DNA of 64,000 nt. Source: Trichosphaerium sp. ATCC 40318 (taxonomy: Eukaryota; Protista; Tubulinea). This document shows, in pieces, positions 38,454-53,466 of the stretch; within the stretch, counting starts at the first letter, position 1; every line of letters starts with the position of its first letter. The stretch lies in assembly GCA_038496445.1 (NCBI GenBank), contig JALMLS010000149.1, positions 235,363-299,362 of the forward strand, read 5' to 3'. A program made the position numbers and the translations under genes. A model generated the notes under the pieces. That model saw only the letters and a list, made by a program, of their open reading frames with translations. It made no database searches and was not told the origin of the DNA.

Positions 38454-41083
38454 ATGCAACGTCCTGCAGGTGGAGACAGTAAAAGCTCAGCTTTTACGGC
38501 TAAACCATGGACGGAACCTTTTAAACAGTATCAAGCACGCGTATTCTTGGCTACCAGGGAACGAAAACGTATATTTAGCCACCATGTACTACTACAGTTA
38601 GAAAAACTCTCAGGAGCCACGTACGCAATACCGGGTAATAGAATCTACTATCTAACGCATGTTTTTAGTATTTCTGGACCAAAATACAATCCACGCCCAG
38701 GAAAATATAAAGGAGCTCGTAGATTAGAAAAAAGAGCTTGTATACGAATTAAACGGTTCAAAGTCGCAAGCGGTAACAGAGTTTCCTAAAATGTTTTTTG
38801 TGTTTTTTTTTTCTTATCATTCATAGGCCTTTTCCATGTCTTACGACGTCTATCAAGGATGGCACCTTGTTGTCAAATAACAGTAGAATTACCATTTTTA
38901 TTTGAACGCATGCAAAATTCCAAATGTACGTTTGTACGACACGTGAATGTCAAAGACGGAAAAAAATCCGAATAGAATAAGAATACCAAAATGAGCTGAG
39001 ATGCTGACATTCTCTTTTTTCAATAGTGAAGGACGATCAAGTTAAATGGCTTCAAGAAAAGACTTTCACAGTACTAACGAAATGTAATCCACGTAACAAA
39101 CAGTCACTGAGTGTTAGTGGCTTTGCTTTTTCTGTAGAAAGGTAAAAACCATTTTTTTTTTTTTTTTTTGATAAACTTACCTCTACTTTTGTTTTCTTAT
39201 TGTTTCTGTTTATAGGGCAGTATCTCTATTGATACCACTTGCACTTACACGAAGTGCAAAAGAAGAAATTTTTTATATACCAACAAATGAAAGAGCACAG
39301 TGCGAGCATTTCCTTAAAGTCGTCCAAGATAAACAAGGTAAAGAACCAATGTTCCTTTGTTTTTGGATATAACTTATGGTAAAAAGGTTTATCGTACCTC
39401 AAGCAAGCCTGTCGAGTCAGAATTTGGCTACAAAAACCTGAAGACATTGATAATTATTTTCTTCATGAGATTGAAGATTACGTCGGCGAGAAGAAGACTG
39501 CATTCATTATAAGGTACAAGATAAACAGTATAAACTGAGATATTGCTGTTCCGTTTATACTTACAATCTTCCTTTAGTGGAGATAGACGCGGTGTCAACG
39601 TCACTATACTGTATTTATGCTACTTGGCACATATAACATCAACAGGGAGGTATGGTGATAAACCTGGAGCTCAGGCAGAGGAGCCAGAAAGTGACCAAGA
39701 TTCGGATAACATGTTTGGGCTTGTAGTACCTGAACCAGAGAAAGAGCCAGTTCAAGATACAATGAGTAATCTAGAGCTACAAGGCTCAGATGCATTTGTT
39801 CCTGTATTCAGTAGATGGGTAAACCAAGATGAAAGTATTGAACCAACTGCTGAATCAAGTGATGATGACACGAATTATAACATCTTTGGCTCTGATTCCG
39901 ATGATAAACTCGAAAGTGACTGGGGATCTGCAGGATGGGAAACAGAAGCTAAACCTGAAGCTAAGGTCGCAGAACCTGCTGCAGCTGAGTGGGATACTGG
40001 AGAAGGCGATTGGGGGACTCGGCCTGAAGCAAAGGCTGATGTAGAAATTTTACAGAAAAGAAAAATAGCAAAAGCTAGAGCAGCTGAACTGAGAAGACGC
40101 TTAGAAGAGAGGAAAATTAAAGCAGCACAGGATAAGGCTGTACTGAGACGACGCGTAGCACACATGGACACAATTTACAATCCAATTGAGCCTACTTGGC
40201 CAAGTGCTTCTTCTTTTGCACAAGAACTTATGGTACGTGTACAATGATTTCTTGAAGCAGGAAAAACTATCCACACTTATTTAACAACTAAGACTTAAAA
40301 CGTATTGTTTTTTTGGATTTTTTTGCAAGCCTCCACGCCATCTACCCCTTAATTTTTTTTGATTTCTCGCATTTGCTTATCTTGCACTACGTTTTGTAAG
40401 CACGTATGATAACAAGATTTTGTTATCGGGTGTTTTGAAATAACATGGGAAACCCGCCAACGAAAAAAGTATTGAGTTTTTGCTTGCTGAGTTCCTTGAC
40501 TAGTATTTTTCTTGTTTTTTTACTAATTGGTTTTTTTCTGTTGTAGATGCTAAACGATTCAGTTATTCCAGTTAGTGAACAGTTGAAAGTATCAAAGAAA
40601 CTTCTTAGTGTACAAACACGATTTGTTGAAAAAATTAGAAAACGTTTAAGAAAGAGATCAGAATCTAAACCGCTTCAAATTAAAGAAGGTGAATACATAT
40701 GTTTCTCAAGCGAAATGCCAAAATTTGGTTCTTACTACAAGCGTACGTCTGGCACATTCCTCATTTTTCAAGTGTTTGAAACAAGACTTACAAAGAATAA
40801 TCGAGAATTATCGAGATTGACCCTTACTTTAGCTTTTGTACCTTCGGGTGTTATACTCAATGGTGGCCGTGGTAGAGGACGAGGCAGAGGACGAGGCAGA
40901 GGCCGTGGAAGAGGCCGTGGAAGAGGCCGTGGAAGAGGTCTAATAATGCAAGAGATAGAACCTACACCCTCTAATATTAGCCGTGGCAGAGGACGAGGCA
41001 GAGGTCGTGGTAGAGGCCGTGGAAGAGGTAGAGGAAGAGGCAGGGGAAGCAAAGCTACTTCAGCTGTTATAACTATTGTTTAA
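38454..41083 (+). CDS. Hypothetical protein with acidic region and C-terminal RG dipeptide repeats
   Basis: Large exons at 39649-40232 and 40547-41083, with two (GR)n tracts. The 5' exon chain is uncertain. Confidence 0.55.
40865..41048 (+). repeat. Two coding (Gly-Arg)n tracts
   Basis: ggccgtggaaga / ggacgaggcaga 12-nt units using mixed synonymous codons. Confidence 0.9.
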
Positions 41084-41194
41084 AACTTCTCCTTGGTCCC
41101 CTCATGTAACAATAAACAAAACGATTCAAAATCATTTCACTGTATTTGATATCTTTTTCCAATGATTTTTTTTTGTTTCGTTTGGTTGATTTCT

Positions 41195-44100
41195 CTACTT
41201 GGTTCCGTAGTTATCCTTGGTTCTACCATCAGGAATCTTAACAAGAACAATAGGATCTGAATCATTCATAGAAGGCCTTTAAGAAGAAATCAGTAAAAAG
41301 TAATTCATACAATCCATTCATTTGACTAATGGTCAAAAAAAATGCAAAACAATTCAAAACAAGGATTGTCTTTCTCTTCTGAGGTTGTTAAAAATAAGAT
41401 ACGTACTTATCGCAAATGTAGTAACCACGACGTGTGAGTTGGCATCTATCACCTTTAGCCATTCTACGTAGATTTGGAGATCCCCAGCAATCTTGCTAAA
41501 AAAAGAAAATCAGAATTTGGTACTACAGCACATGTTTGGTGTTCTTACAGTCATTTTGCTGTTTTTGTTGATGTGGTTCTTCCAGTCATCATCTGGTTTA
41601 GCCTAGGTGTAGTGTGAACACAACAGTATTCAATAGAAGTATATAAACACGTACCTGAGTTACAAGTGGTCCATACTCTACCAATACGCAAGGAACGAGC
41701 TCGGAAGGAATATTTGCCAACCAAGTGAGCTTGTACTTTGTGCTCTACAATAAAAGTCACTTCAATCAATTTCTACTTTTTCTATCGTTTGTTTATATCT
41801 AAAACTAAAAGCATACCTTAACACTTCCATCAAGATGTAAGTTAGCATCAACGCTCTTGCTGCTGGCATCAAACTATTTGAAAAAAAAGTCAGTAAACAA
41901 AATTATCACTTAAAAGCGAAGAAACATGAGTATTCGAACAAATAAACACCCTGATCAGTTTCAAACTTAGGCATTAAACAAAATACTACGTACAGCTCCG
42001 AGTTGGATATTTCCCCAGTTCATAAATGTAGCCTTTGAAAAAAAAATTAGCCAAAAAAAAAAGTTCCGTTTCAGTAAAGTACGTACCTCCTCTCCCTCTG
42101 GATTAAGAGCAGCTGCGTCAGTAGCCTCAATAATGATCTTATTGTACTTGATTACAACCTTTGTTCCAACCTCCTTATTCTTTGGATGACTGTTGCAAGT
42201 AACATACTCTGGGTCCTCTGGACCATCAGCAATATTAACAACAACACTAAAGGAAAAAATTAGTAAGCATTAAGCACTTAAAAGGGTTGAGTTTTAAGTC
42301 ACGGTCGAATATCGTACCAGTCCTTAGAGATACAAGTGTATCTAGGAATAATAGGATCAATAACCTTCTTATTGATTGTCCATAGTTTTCCAATATCCAT
42401 AAAGTTTGAGTTTTTGGAACCACCTTGATCAAGGATAAACTGGAAGATACCCTCTTTTGTAAGACCACGTCTGAATAGACCTTGTACAGTAGGCATACGA
42501 GGATCATTCCAACCATCAACAAGGCGGTTATCAACAAATTGTTGTAATTTACGCTTAGAAATAAGGGTATAGGTGAAGTTGAGACGTGAGAAATCGTTAA
42601 TGCCGACTGTTCTCATTTGCATTTTATCAAGGAACTAAAAGAAGTATTAGGTCATGTTGGGTTTTTCGTTTTTTGAGTGCGTTACATACCCAGTTGTAGA
42701 GTGGGTTACGGTCATGGTACTCGTTAGATCTGAAAGCATGGGTTACACCCTCTTTACTGTCAACATACGGACAAGCAAAGTCGTAAAGTGGGTAGACCTT
42801 GAATTTACCCTCTAAAAAAAATTATAAGTATATCGTTTTATTTGAGAAAGATACTCACTTGTCTTAGCATGATGCATATCCAAGAATCGGTATATGTTCG
42901 GATCTCTCAAGCAACCTTTTTTGAGAATTTAGTACGCTGAAATAACCATATGGATCAAAGGAAAGAAAGGAACGAAAAAGAAAAACAAGAAACAAAATTT
43001 ATCAATACTGAAACTTTAGGTAGCTCGAGTAGATATAACTTACCATTGTTGCTCTGCATATCAATCTTTGCGCGAAGCACGCATTTTTTACCCTAAAAAG
43101 ATAGTGAGTATGAGGAGTTTTTTTTTTTGGATTATGTACATCCTCGGTTCCTGCTTGCATCTCTTTCCACAATGCCAAGTTATCAGCTACTGAAGCATCT
43201 CTGTACTTGGTAGCCTGCTTATTTCTACGCATAGTCTTGAGCTAGAGATAGGATACTGTTAATGACACTGATGGTAACAATAAATCATTTAAATACCTCC
43301 TCACTTGGGGTCATATCAACGTAAGCCAATCCTAATTAAGTGAGTATAAGGTTTTAATTGCATAATAACAATACATGAGACTCTCTAACAAGCAAAGAAC
43401 CAAAAAAATCATAGAAAAAGGCTAACTTGACTTTCAAGTGTGGACAACCAACAGAATAATAATTTGTTTTTTTTGTACCTTGTTTGATGAATTTTGTTGC
43501 CAAATCAAGGATTTCTTGAAAGTAATCGGACGTATGGGTTATACGATCAGCAGTAATACCAAGCGTTTTAAGATCGTTCTTGATGTTAGTCTCGAACTCA
43601 ACCTAGTTATTTGTTTTAGTATTTTTTCGTGTTTTTTTTTGCATATAATTTTTGTTTGTACCTTCTCCTTTTGAGGATTGGTGTCATCGAAACGCAAGAT
43701 GAGTTTACCACCGTATTGCTTGGCGTAAGTGGCGTTAAGGATAGCCGCTTTACAGTGACCAATATGAAGATAACCAGAAGGCTAAAATAAATCTGTTATT
43801 CTCGTCGATACATTGTCAAAAAACAAACAAACCTCTGGAGGAAACCGTGTAACAACTTTACCGACTTGAGCGTCAGCAAGCTTCTTGTAATCGCCGTGTT
43901 GCAGGTGAACCTTTCCCTCAGAAGCAGCAGCTAAATCCAAGTGCTTCTTGGCCTCCACAAGACAGTCTACGAAGGACTCCATGTAAATAAACCAACGGGT
44001 GACAGCCAAATATTTTTTGGACTTGTTTGATCCATAGATACTAGTCCAAGCAGGGTTTCCTTTATGTACTTGTAAGTGCAACAGCGTTGGCTATTAGCTT

Positions 44101-44613
44101 TCGTACCGTAGAGTTTAGTCCATACAGCAATATCAGCAATAGTGACAGAATAGCCAGCAAAGTAAGTGCGGACATGCAAGTGGTTTTGGAGGACGAGTAG
44201 CTCTGTCTCTAGTGAGCTTTGATCGCGGCATTTCGACAACACTGAGCTGGCGTATTGAAACCAAGTCTCAACCTGTAAATGCGTAAATTAGGCACAAATA
44301 CATTAGTTGTAGCGTACTTCGTGCGAGGCAAGAGCAGAAGTGCCGTACAAGCAAACATCTGGTACAAGTCTTGCTACAAATTTGGTAACAGCATCTACAC
44401 CAGTAATGACGTCCCTGGGTTGTGAATAAGCGTTCGAGAAACAAAAAAAAATTCGTACTTGGATGGGTATAGTCTCAAGACAACGTCCTTTGCTTTAGGG
44501 TCTTGTTTAAACTTGAGAACGTCTTTCTCCATAGCTTTACGTATAAACTCATTTGCCACAAGTAATACGAGTGGTGGATCACTTTTAGGATACGTTATGA
44601 TAGGTAACGCCAT
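41195..44613 (-). CDS. gluS: Cytosolic glutamyl-tRNA synthetase with N-terminal GST-like domain
   Basis: RFPPE|[27 protein letters not shown]...[28 protein letters not shown] full exon chain traces with GT-AG introns. Confidence 0.96.
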
Positions 44614-44731
44614 TGTTGGTTAATGGTTTCGACCGACAACTGAAAAATCTACTAAATTTCTGGTAACGCCACTTAGTGGTGTCACTAAGCGATCTGTGAA
44701 ATAACGGTACCTTCGCCTTTCGGGCGAGAAA

Positions 44732-46262
44732 ATGAAGCGCCATGCGCATACAAACAATAAAGTGACGCCATTGAAGGAATTTGATTACGCTAATGAAAAA
44801 GACAGACCTAAAGACGAATCGAAATCGGTGGTAATTGCTTTCTGTGGTTTACAGCTGTCCCAACGTGCACTATTGATATTAACGATTGTAATTATTTTCA
44901 TAACTGTACCAACTCTATTATATCTTACGAGAGTGTTCTCGACGCTATGTTTCTCGTATGCAGCATCTCTTAAGTATAATATACCAGTGGATAGACTTGA
45001 TATAGTTGAAACTGTAACGTCGAAACGTCTGTTTGAGTATTACAAACGCTACGGTACTTTTCATGTGATATAAAAATTCTGTAGCTGAAAAAACAAAGGA
45101 ATTCCACTCAAAATTACACACGGTATGAAAGGGTACCCGGCTGTTGGAAAATGGTCACCAGAATGGTTTGCGGTACCTCTACAATTAATGACATTTGAAA
45201 CACAATTTTATGTAACTGACATTTGGAAGCAAAAATTTGGACCTGAAAGTATTACTGTTGCATTCGGGAACACAGAACAGAGAAGGACGGTTCTTGAGGA
45301 TACAACAGTTCGTCAATTCGTAGACTTCTTTAAAACTGTAAACGACTCGAGCACCTATCTTCCGTACTGGGTAAGACATTTTATCATTTTTTTAATTTTT
45401 TGACATTGAAAATGTAGTCGGAGGATGGAGCTTTCTTGTATGAAAACGACCTCAGTGAAGACGTTCTGGAGTATGAAAAATGTTAAAAAGGTAGTTTTTA
45501 ATTATTTTAGCCTACCAATACTCTCTGAGTACCCGTCCGTTGTGGATGTTGAATTGTATTTATGGTTTGGTCCTATGGTAAATTTACACTTTTGTTTGAT
45601 TTTCTCATCATTTTCAGGGAACTGTTACAGGGGCACACATTGATTACGACCCACTGAAGTAAGTCAAACCAACTTCCAATGTACTTAAATATTCTAGTGT
45701 TCTTTTTCAGGTCTATGGAGAAAAGAGGGTTAGTGGAAGAAGTTTTTTTTAGTGTTCACAGTTATTTTTCTAGGTGTGGATGTTTCACCCAAAATACTTC
45801 AAGAATCTGTACCCCTCTGGCAAATTTGACCCAGGCGCAATTCTTAGTGAGGTACATAGTGGCTCAGAGTGACTTTCTAAGTTGTAATAGGTAGATATAC
45901 TGAAGCCAAATTATGAAAAGGTACTGATGTTTTTGTGCGATGTTTAATAACAAGCTTAGCATCCAAAATTTAAAGACGCTAAACCTATAGTTGTTGACAT
46001 AAAGGCTGGCGAGCAGTTATATATTCCCAGTGGATGGTTTCATGTTGCAGTAGCTAAAACACATTCTATATCCATCTCAGGTAGAGCTCTTACAGCTTGT
46101 GAGGTTATTGGGTATCAGTGGGTTGAGTTTAAGCTATTCCTACACAACTTAGGTACACATGCCTGTTCGTTGACTCCTTTTTTATTTGTATTTATCCCTG
46201 ACAATCAATAACGTAATTTAGGGTTGTATAAGCACAAAAATTGTGTTTGTCATACCAACTGA
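44732..46262 (+). CDS. JmjC (cupin_8) hydroxylase with N-terminal transmembrane segment
   Basis: LWFGPM|GTVTGAHIDYD...QVYGEKR...AGEQLYIPSGWFH with an intact HxD...H triad. TM segment LLILTIVIIFITVPTLLYL. Confidence 0.88.
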
Positions 46263-46526
46263 GAGATACCAACATGGATCTTCGTGTATAATTAACAAAT
46301 ATTTAAAACTGCGCTTAATATAAACAAGTTATTGTGTTTGTTTTCGACTTGTCGATCTTTATCACGTGATACCGTTATGAAAGTTATCACTTGAATTGGC
46401 CACTTTAATACTATCATACACGCAATACGTGTATGATATCTCACATTTGGTACAGCCGTCAAAAAAATTCTGTGACACATGGGAATAGCTTATTCACCGC
46501 CACAGATGCGATTAAATTAGCGCTCA

Positions 46527-49500
46527 ATGGCGTGGAGGCAAGTACAAAAGCAGAACAACACCCGTCATGGTAAAGTGGGTTCCTCCCGGCCGGTTTCCGC
46601 TCAAAGCGGCTCTATCGCGTCTAACCCATTTATGCTGGCAAACAAGACCCAAAAATCATCAAACACAGCACCCAAAAGACCTTCATCGAGCTATCGTCCC
46701 AAACCATCATCAAAATTGCCTAGTTTTGGTTTTAGATCTAAATCAACTCCAAATAACGCCAAAAGAGCCAGCCTTCCAAATTCTCCCAAACGATCACCAG
46801 TTCAACCGAAACGCGTAACGCCTGCGCCATCATCTTCATTTCGTTCAATGTTCAACCGTAATGGAAACGGAAACTCTGCCACAGCAAGACCAAAAACAAC
46901 AAACGTCACTAAAACTTCAAAGAACAAGTTCTCGCCTTTGAAGGCTATTAAGCAAGTGGCTACGCAATATAAAGGAAGTGCAGTGTACAAGGATGAGCCA
47001 AACATTGACAAGCAGCTTCTAACTCAAATTAACGATCTATACAAGTTTGTAACGAAAAACGACGGTACAAATGACACCTCCGAACCTCGCCCGTTAAATA
47101 AAAATTTATTACAGGTTCTTCTTTAAAGTTAGGTCAGAAATTAGAGGGTACGCATTATTATGTTATCGGCGTAAGTTACGTACGTGTTTTGTAGAGTTGT
47201 TTCAGTCCGAAGATGAAAAGGTATACAACAACACTATTTACTTTGGGAATACGCTTCTTTCAAAGTCACAAGGTACATTGTCCATGTTAAAACCCATTTC
47301 GCGTCAGAAAAAGTGTTCATTTTTTTTGACATTTTTCTACAGCTGCTCCTGTACTTGTTGGACTTCTACTGTCGCAAAACGACACGTGTGTAGATCGTGT
47401 ACTATATGCTATTACTAATTCCGCGCGACAAGGTACGCTCCGTGACATTTCATGTATTTTTTGTTATGTTTCACTTGTTAATCGGGTTACCCTTTTGTAA
47501 AGATTTTGTCGTTGGCGAAGTATTATCTCTTGGTTTGAGCAAAGTCTTGAGTAGAATTTCTTCCCTTCCTACAATAAATAGTACTATAAAGTTTATGGTA
47601 AATTTCTTGGCCAACGGCACGTGCCATTTGTTAACAAATCATCGCTACAATATTGTAATTGATTATTTCTAGAACGTGCTATCTCGGCTCTTTTGAAGCA
47701 GTCTGGATTTCAGCATTTTGTAACAATGTTCTCAAAGGTGTGTGCATCATACTTGTATGTAATTGGTTCATTAACATAAGAAACAATAAGGCCTCAGAGG
47801 ATGAAGAGGCTTTTATTTTGTCCATCAAAGTTTTGAACAATTTAGTAGTTTACAGCGCCAAAACTGGTACGCTTAGTTGGTTTACTATTGTTTTGTGTGT
47901 TGGTCTTACTTTCGCGAAAGGTGACTCCAAAAAGAACTTTAGTTCATTTGCTACAAAGAAATTTTATATGCAGGTAAAGTCTATTTTAAAAAATGCAAAC
48001 ACGATGGAGTCAGAAGATGTTGCTTCTTTCTTGGCATCAATAGCAAATCTTGCCACTAGTAGTATGTGCAATTATATACGTCTCCACCACGCTAAACATT
48101 TATAGTACCTAATAGAGATATGATTAGAGATACAGGAAACATAGATGAATTAATGCGTATAGCTAATGACTCTAAGCTTATGAGCTATCCTCGTACATGC
48201 GAATATGTTATTATGTCTCTTGGGCATCTATTGGAAGATGGTATGTTAATACTGTTTTGCTTTTTTGTTACGTACAGCCTTTGTAACAATAACATTGTAG
48301 TTGATTGTGCAAGTATCATTATTCGTCATGAAGGCTTGCGTGTGATTATCAAGAATCTTAAATCGCAGAACGAAGACATTTTATCTGCTGCACTTGCAGC
48401 TATCATTAACTATGCTACAAAAGGTACCTTACACGTGATATTTTTTTTCAAGCAATTATTGTTTGTAATTTATTTGTTGATTTTCCTTTTTTCTAGATGG
48501 CGTTGAGAATTCTCTTCAACGGGCGGTTACTAATTCTGATTGGATGTCGCGGACTCTACCAAGTTTATTAAAATCAAAAAACGAAAAGATACGATTGAGA
48601 AGTGCTTGGGCAATATGTAATTTAACTATACATGATTCTCTTCATGAGCCTTTTGATAAGTATGGCGGATTAACAGCTGTATGTTTTCTTCCAATTAATT
48701 CTTGGGTGACTTTGTTTGTAACTCTATTTTAAGGTATTGGACGCCGCTAAGAGTGGTGACGTATCGAGTGAGGCCAAAAAGAAGATTGTAACTACTATAT
48801 ACCATCTATCAATATTTCATGATTCAATGAGGAATAAAGTGCTTGCTAAAGGTATATTATTATTATACGTACTAGCATTCATCTATATCTTAGGCGGTGT
48901 CACTGCTTTGAAGAAGGCTTTAGAGAGCCCTGTACAAATGCTTAAAGAAGAGGCAGCAAAGGCAATGGTTAATTTAACTACAGCTGAAAATTCAGAGGTA
49001 AATAGTCTGATTGGTTATTGTATCTTAACTTACATTTGTAGGAATACTTTATTAAGGAGCGTGCCATTCCACCTCTGGTTGACCTACTCAAAGATAAAAA
49101 GGCATCTCCAATAGCACATGAAGTAGCAACAGCAGCGCTTGGCAACTTAGCACTATCGGGTATTATCCATTGGTAATTCTTTATGAAGTAACTGTTCTTT
49201 GTAGAGGTCGCTGGAGAGGAAATGAGAAAAGCTGGTGTTATGGATGCTGCCCTAAGTGTCTTGCAAGATACTAAGCAAGCCAATGTTCAACAACGCTCTG
49301 CTAACTTGCTTGCTCGCTTGGCATTCAACAGTACTATTTTATCTATCCATTGTCAATGTACTAAACAAACTTAGGTAAAACACGTGAGGAGTTCCAAAAA
49401 GGTGAAGGCGAAAAAATTTTACAGGGCATAATGAGCAAATGTACTAAGAATACTCACTTGACTCAAACTTTAAAGGTCGCTCTCAACAATATGGCAGTAC

Positions 49501-52008
49501 CACGTACGTTTCAACAGTAGACAAAAGAAAAAGTTAGTATCTGACACATGATTAGACTTTGAAAACGAGTCCAAAGCTCCTGTTGTTGATGAATTTGCTG
49601 AGTTCAAAGTAAGTCTTCGACTCGCCACCAACTGGTTTTATGCTGACACAAGTGTAGGATTACGACCTAGATAGTGACTCAGAAGAAGATCCACGTCCCG
49701 TACAACAGCAGGCTCCACCTACAAGACGTGAAGCCCCTCAACCACCAGCTCCTAGTTTCCGCAAAAAACCACCATTGCGTCCAAATTCTGGGGTACCTAA
49801 GCGTCGTCCAGCACCTCTACCACCTGGTAGGCCAAAAAAGAAGGTACATTTGCATAGTGAGTGTTTATGCTAACTATAGTCAGCCTATGCCTCCAAAGAA
49901 GCCTTCTGGTATGACACCAAAACTCAGGAAGAAGTTACCTCCAATACCACCAAAGAGACCACAGAGCACGCCTCTGGGGGTACGTACACCAAAAAAAAAA
50001 GCTAGAGCAAACGTACTAGAACATGAGTTTTGGGATTGCCTTCCTAACTCCTTATTTCAAGTCAAGAGTAGAAATTGAAGACCACGCTTTGAAGCCTGAG
50101 GAATATATGGTTATGGTAAGTACATATTGCAATGTTATTACCAATAATAATGGTAACAACTCAGGATGACAGCGGTGGTAGTAGGTTTAAGACAAGAAAG
50201 TACAGCATAAAGCGAAAAGCGGAAAAGTTACTTCACAAGGTTGGATTAAAAAAAGAAAAAGAAGTAAAACCACATCAGCCAGTGTATGTTTTTGACCGTT
50301 TTGTAATTTTAAATACCTGTATTTTAAATATTATCACGTGTGTTAACATAAATAAGATCGCGAATGGACTCCAATGCAAGTGAGGATAGTATGCTTCCAT
50401 TCATGAGAGATGATCCAGACGCAATAAGGAAACGGTCCAAATCAGGTACTCACCTCTCATATAAATATCTTTAAGTATTTAATAGATCCCGCTCTACGTC
50501 CCATATTTGTTGGAGGAGAATCAAGAACAAGAAAAGTTGGCGCAAAGCCAATTCCAGCTGATGTTGATAAAGCGAAGCTTGAACGAGGTTTGTTTTTGAA
50601 ATTTTTTTGTAGTCATGTTATTTATTTTGTATTTAGCGAAGAGGCATTTTAAGCGTACAAAGATAGCTCAAGAGCTATTAAAGACAGAAGGAAACTATGT
50701 CAAAGACTTGGATATAATAATCAAAGTAAGAAAAATGAATACTTTTAGCGCCAGTAATAATTTATTTAGAAATTCATGCAACCTTTACTGCAAGCGTCTA
50801 AGATGAGTAAAACGTTTGTCAATGATAAGGATATTAATAACATATTCTCTAATGTGGAAATATTGCACAGCTACAACATGATGTTATTAACAGGTCTCAA
50901 CAGTCGTATGTCACGTTGGACAACAACAACTAAAATAGGCGATATATTCCTTTATATGGTAAGTCAGACTTTGCAGCACGTGTCTTTTATAAAAACTTTA
51001 CTTTTAACACTGTTTATGTAGACCGACTTTCTGAAGGCCTATACCGTATATGTAAACAACTATGATCATAGCCAAAGAACGCTTGTTAAATGCGCTAGCA
51101 ATAACGCTAAATTTCAAAAATTCATGCTGGTAAAACCAAACACATTTGGTTCTATTGAGATCTCATTTACCCTTCTAGAATGTCAGTTCATCGAAAGTAG
51201 TTGCTAAAGGCAACCCTCCACCAGGAATAGGGATTGAGAATTACCTGATAACTCCCATTCAGAGACCACCTCGATACCAGTTATTACTTCAAGCACGTGC
51301 TCGTGTGGTTTTTGTTTTACTAACCTTTTTGTCCTAGACTTTGATTAAAAACACTGACCCTGATCACTCTGATTATGATAATCTCGTCAAAGCGTTAGGA
51401 AAAGTGAAAGAAGTGAACCAGTTCCTAAATAGTCAAAAAGAACATTTTACAGGCGTAGTACAAATCATTGAAGTTTTGAAGAATCTTGAAGGCAACATTG
51501 ATGTATGGCTTCTCCTCTGATCCTCTAAGGAGATTAGAACCTTCGGTTTACAACTAACACTATTTTAGTCTATACTTAGACCAGATAGAAGGCTCATAGG
51601 CACATGGAATGCTGGGTAAACACCAGAATCCTTTCCGCTTTTTAGTACTGATGGTTTTTTTAGATGGGTAGATAAGACATCATCTGTGCCTTCCACCGGT
51701 CGTGTTGTCCTTTTCAATGATAGTGTCATGTATACTAAGTTTTTAAGAAAAGAGAGAGAAAGGTTGGCAGGGTTGATACCTGTAAAGTACACCAGAAAAG
51801 TTGACATCTGTCCAACGAATGGTATGTTTTGTTGAAAAAAAAACCAAGAAAACGTGCAAGTGTTTCACTTGTTAACTTTCTCGTAGCCTCTGCAGTTATA
51901 GTTCAGAATACAATGGGATCCATTGATGTGACTTTTACGTTCCAGGACATTGCGACCAAGAATGAGTTTTATGATCGTGTTAAAAAAGGGTGGAAGAATA
52001 TGAGGTAG
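46527..52008 (+). CDS. Armadillo-repeat + Pro-rich + RhoGEF (DH-PH) protein, architecture like Dictyostelium GxcC
   Basis: ARM exons (LRSAWAICNL, EAAKAMVNL), PPIPPKRP, and DH motifs IAQELLKTEGNYVKDL, IFSNVE, YLITPIQRPPRYQLLL, NTDPDHSDY. Confidence 0.9.
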
Positions 52009-52385
52009 TTTAGTTTTGTACCCATTGTTCCTTATTGTACTTAAAAAATTCAAAAACGCAACACCAATTTGGGTTGATCCTTGTAAAATTAATGTAGAAA
52101 AAAAAAAATCAATCAAATACCATGCTATTCGTATCATTCCAATTTTACAGTGCGGTCAAAATGCATGTACTTATTTGTTTTCTGGCCCAAAAGTCAATAG
52201 TTAGCTTGAATGATACGTGCACTACTGTAAGTCTTTGTACAACCCTAGCCACTCAATGAACTAGTTTCTGCTACCATAACGCTAAAAACAAACGTTAAAG
52301 TAAAGCTACAGTCGCACAGGGTAAACAGAGTCTCGCGAGATAAAATCATACTACTAATTCCCAATCACTGTTGAATTACATTACA

Positions 52386-53466
52386 ATGCGTCCATACAAC
52401 CCCACCAGTACATTTTATTTTATCATATACTCGGAGATTCTAACAAAACAAACTAGAAGTGCCAACAACTCAAACAACGCCACCATGGCAACCTACATCT
52501 GTCCAACGTACTACGCACGTGTCAAAAGGTATAAATAGTTAATTTTTTTATAAGCCGCCAAAATAAACAATCCACGTGATAACACTATTTTCTTTAGATA
52601 AAACAAGAGCTCTTTGTTATTTTAACTTATTTGGTGGTTGTAAAAATGGTGTCACGTGTAAATTTGATCACGAACTACACTCAAATCATATAAGACCTTC
52701 TATAAACTTCGCGGAACTAACACATAAGCTTCTTGTCGTGACACAGAAACATTGCTTTTTTAACTTTCAAGGAAGATGTACAAACCCAAGCTGCCCTTAT
52801 ACACATATATTAAAGAAGGATATGCTATCTAGCCAAGAATTACAAAACTTTCAAAAGATACAACGCGGTAAGAAGCAGATAAAGGGAGGATGGCCTTATT
52901 TTGTTTCTCCTTTCCCACAACAGCAACCATACGCTACAGGACTACCACATGCCGCTAATACTGCTTCATCAGAAGCAGTTAGACAAGGTTATTACGCTTA
53001 TTACTACGGACAATCACAAGATGGCACTGCTTATTCTGCTACATCACCTACGTCCGCTTCTACGCAGAAGAGAACTTATCCTATCGGCCCATATCGTAAT
53101 TCGTATGTTGGTGTCTACAGGTACCAAGATTTCTCGATTTTTTTTTAGCACACGTGATTTTTTTTTCGCTGATAGTTTTTTGTCTCTAGTAGCTATTATG
53201 GTGTTCAAATGCAACCCTCTCCTGGGTATCCAAGTACTTATTATCCTACAACAGCTACAACATCAACTCAGGTGAAGGCAGTAGATACAAGCTTGCTTGA
53301 TAAAACGGGTGATAAAAAGGAAACTGAAGGAGTTAAGGAAGAGGCAACGCCTGTATGGAGGCCAGGAGTTAAATTAACAATGGAAGATGTGAAAAAACAT
53401 GCCAACACTTACAGTGCAGCTCAAAAAACTGAAGAGACAACAAAAAAAAAGCAACAAGCAGAATAA
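52386..53466 (+). CDS. Tandem CCCH zinc-finger protein
   Basis: CYFNLFGGCKNGVTCKFDH and CFFNFQGRCTNPSCPYTH, followed by a Tyr/Gln-rich region. Confidence 0.85.
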
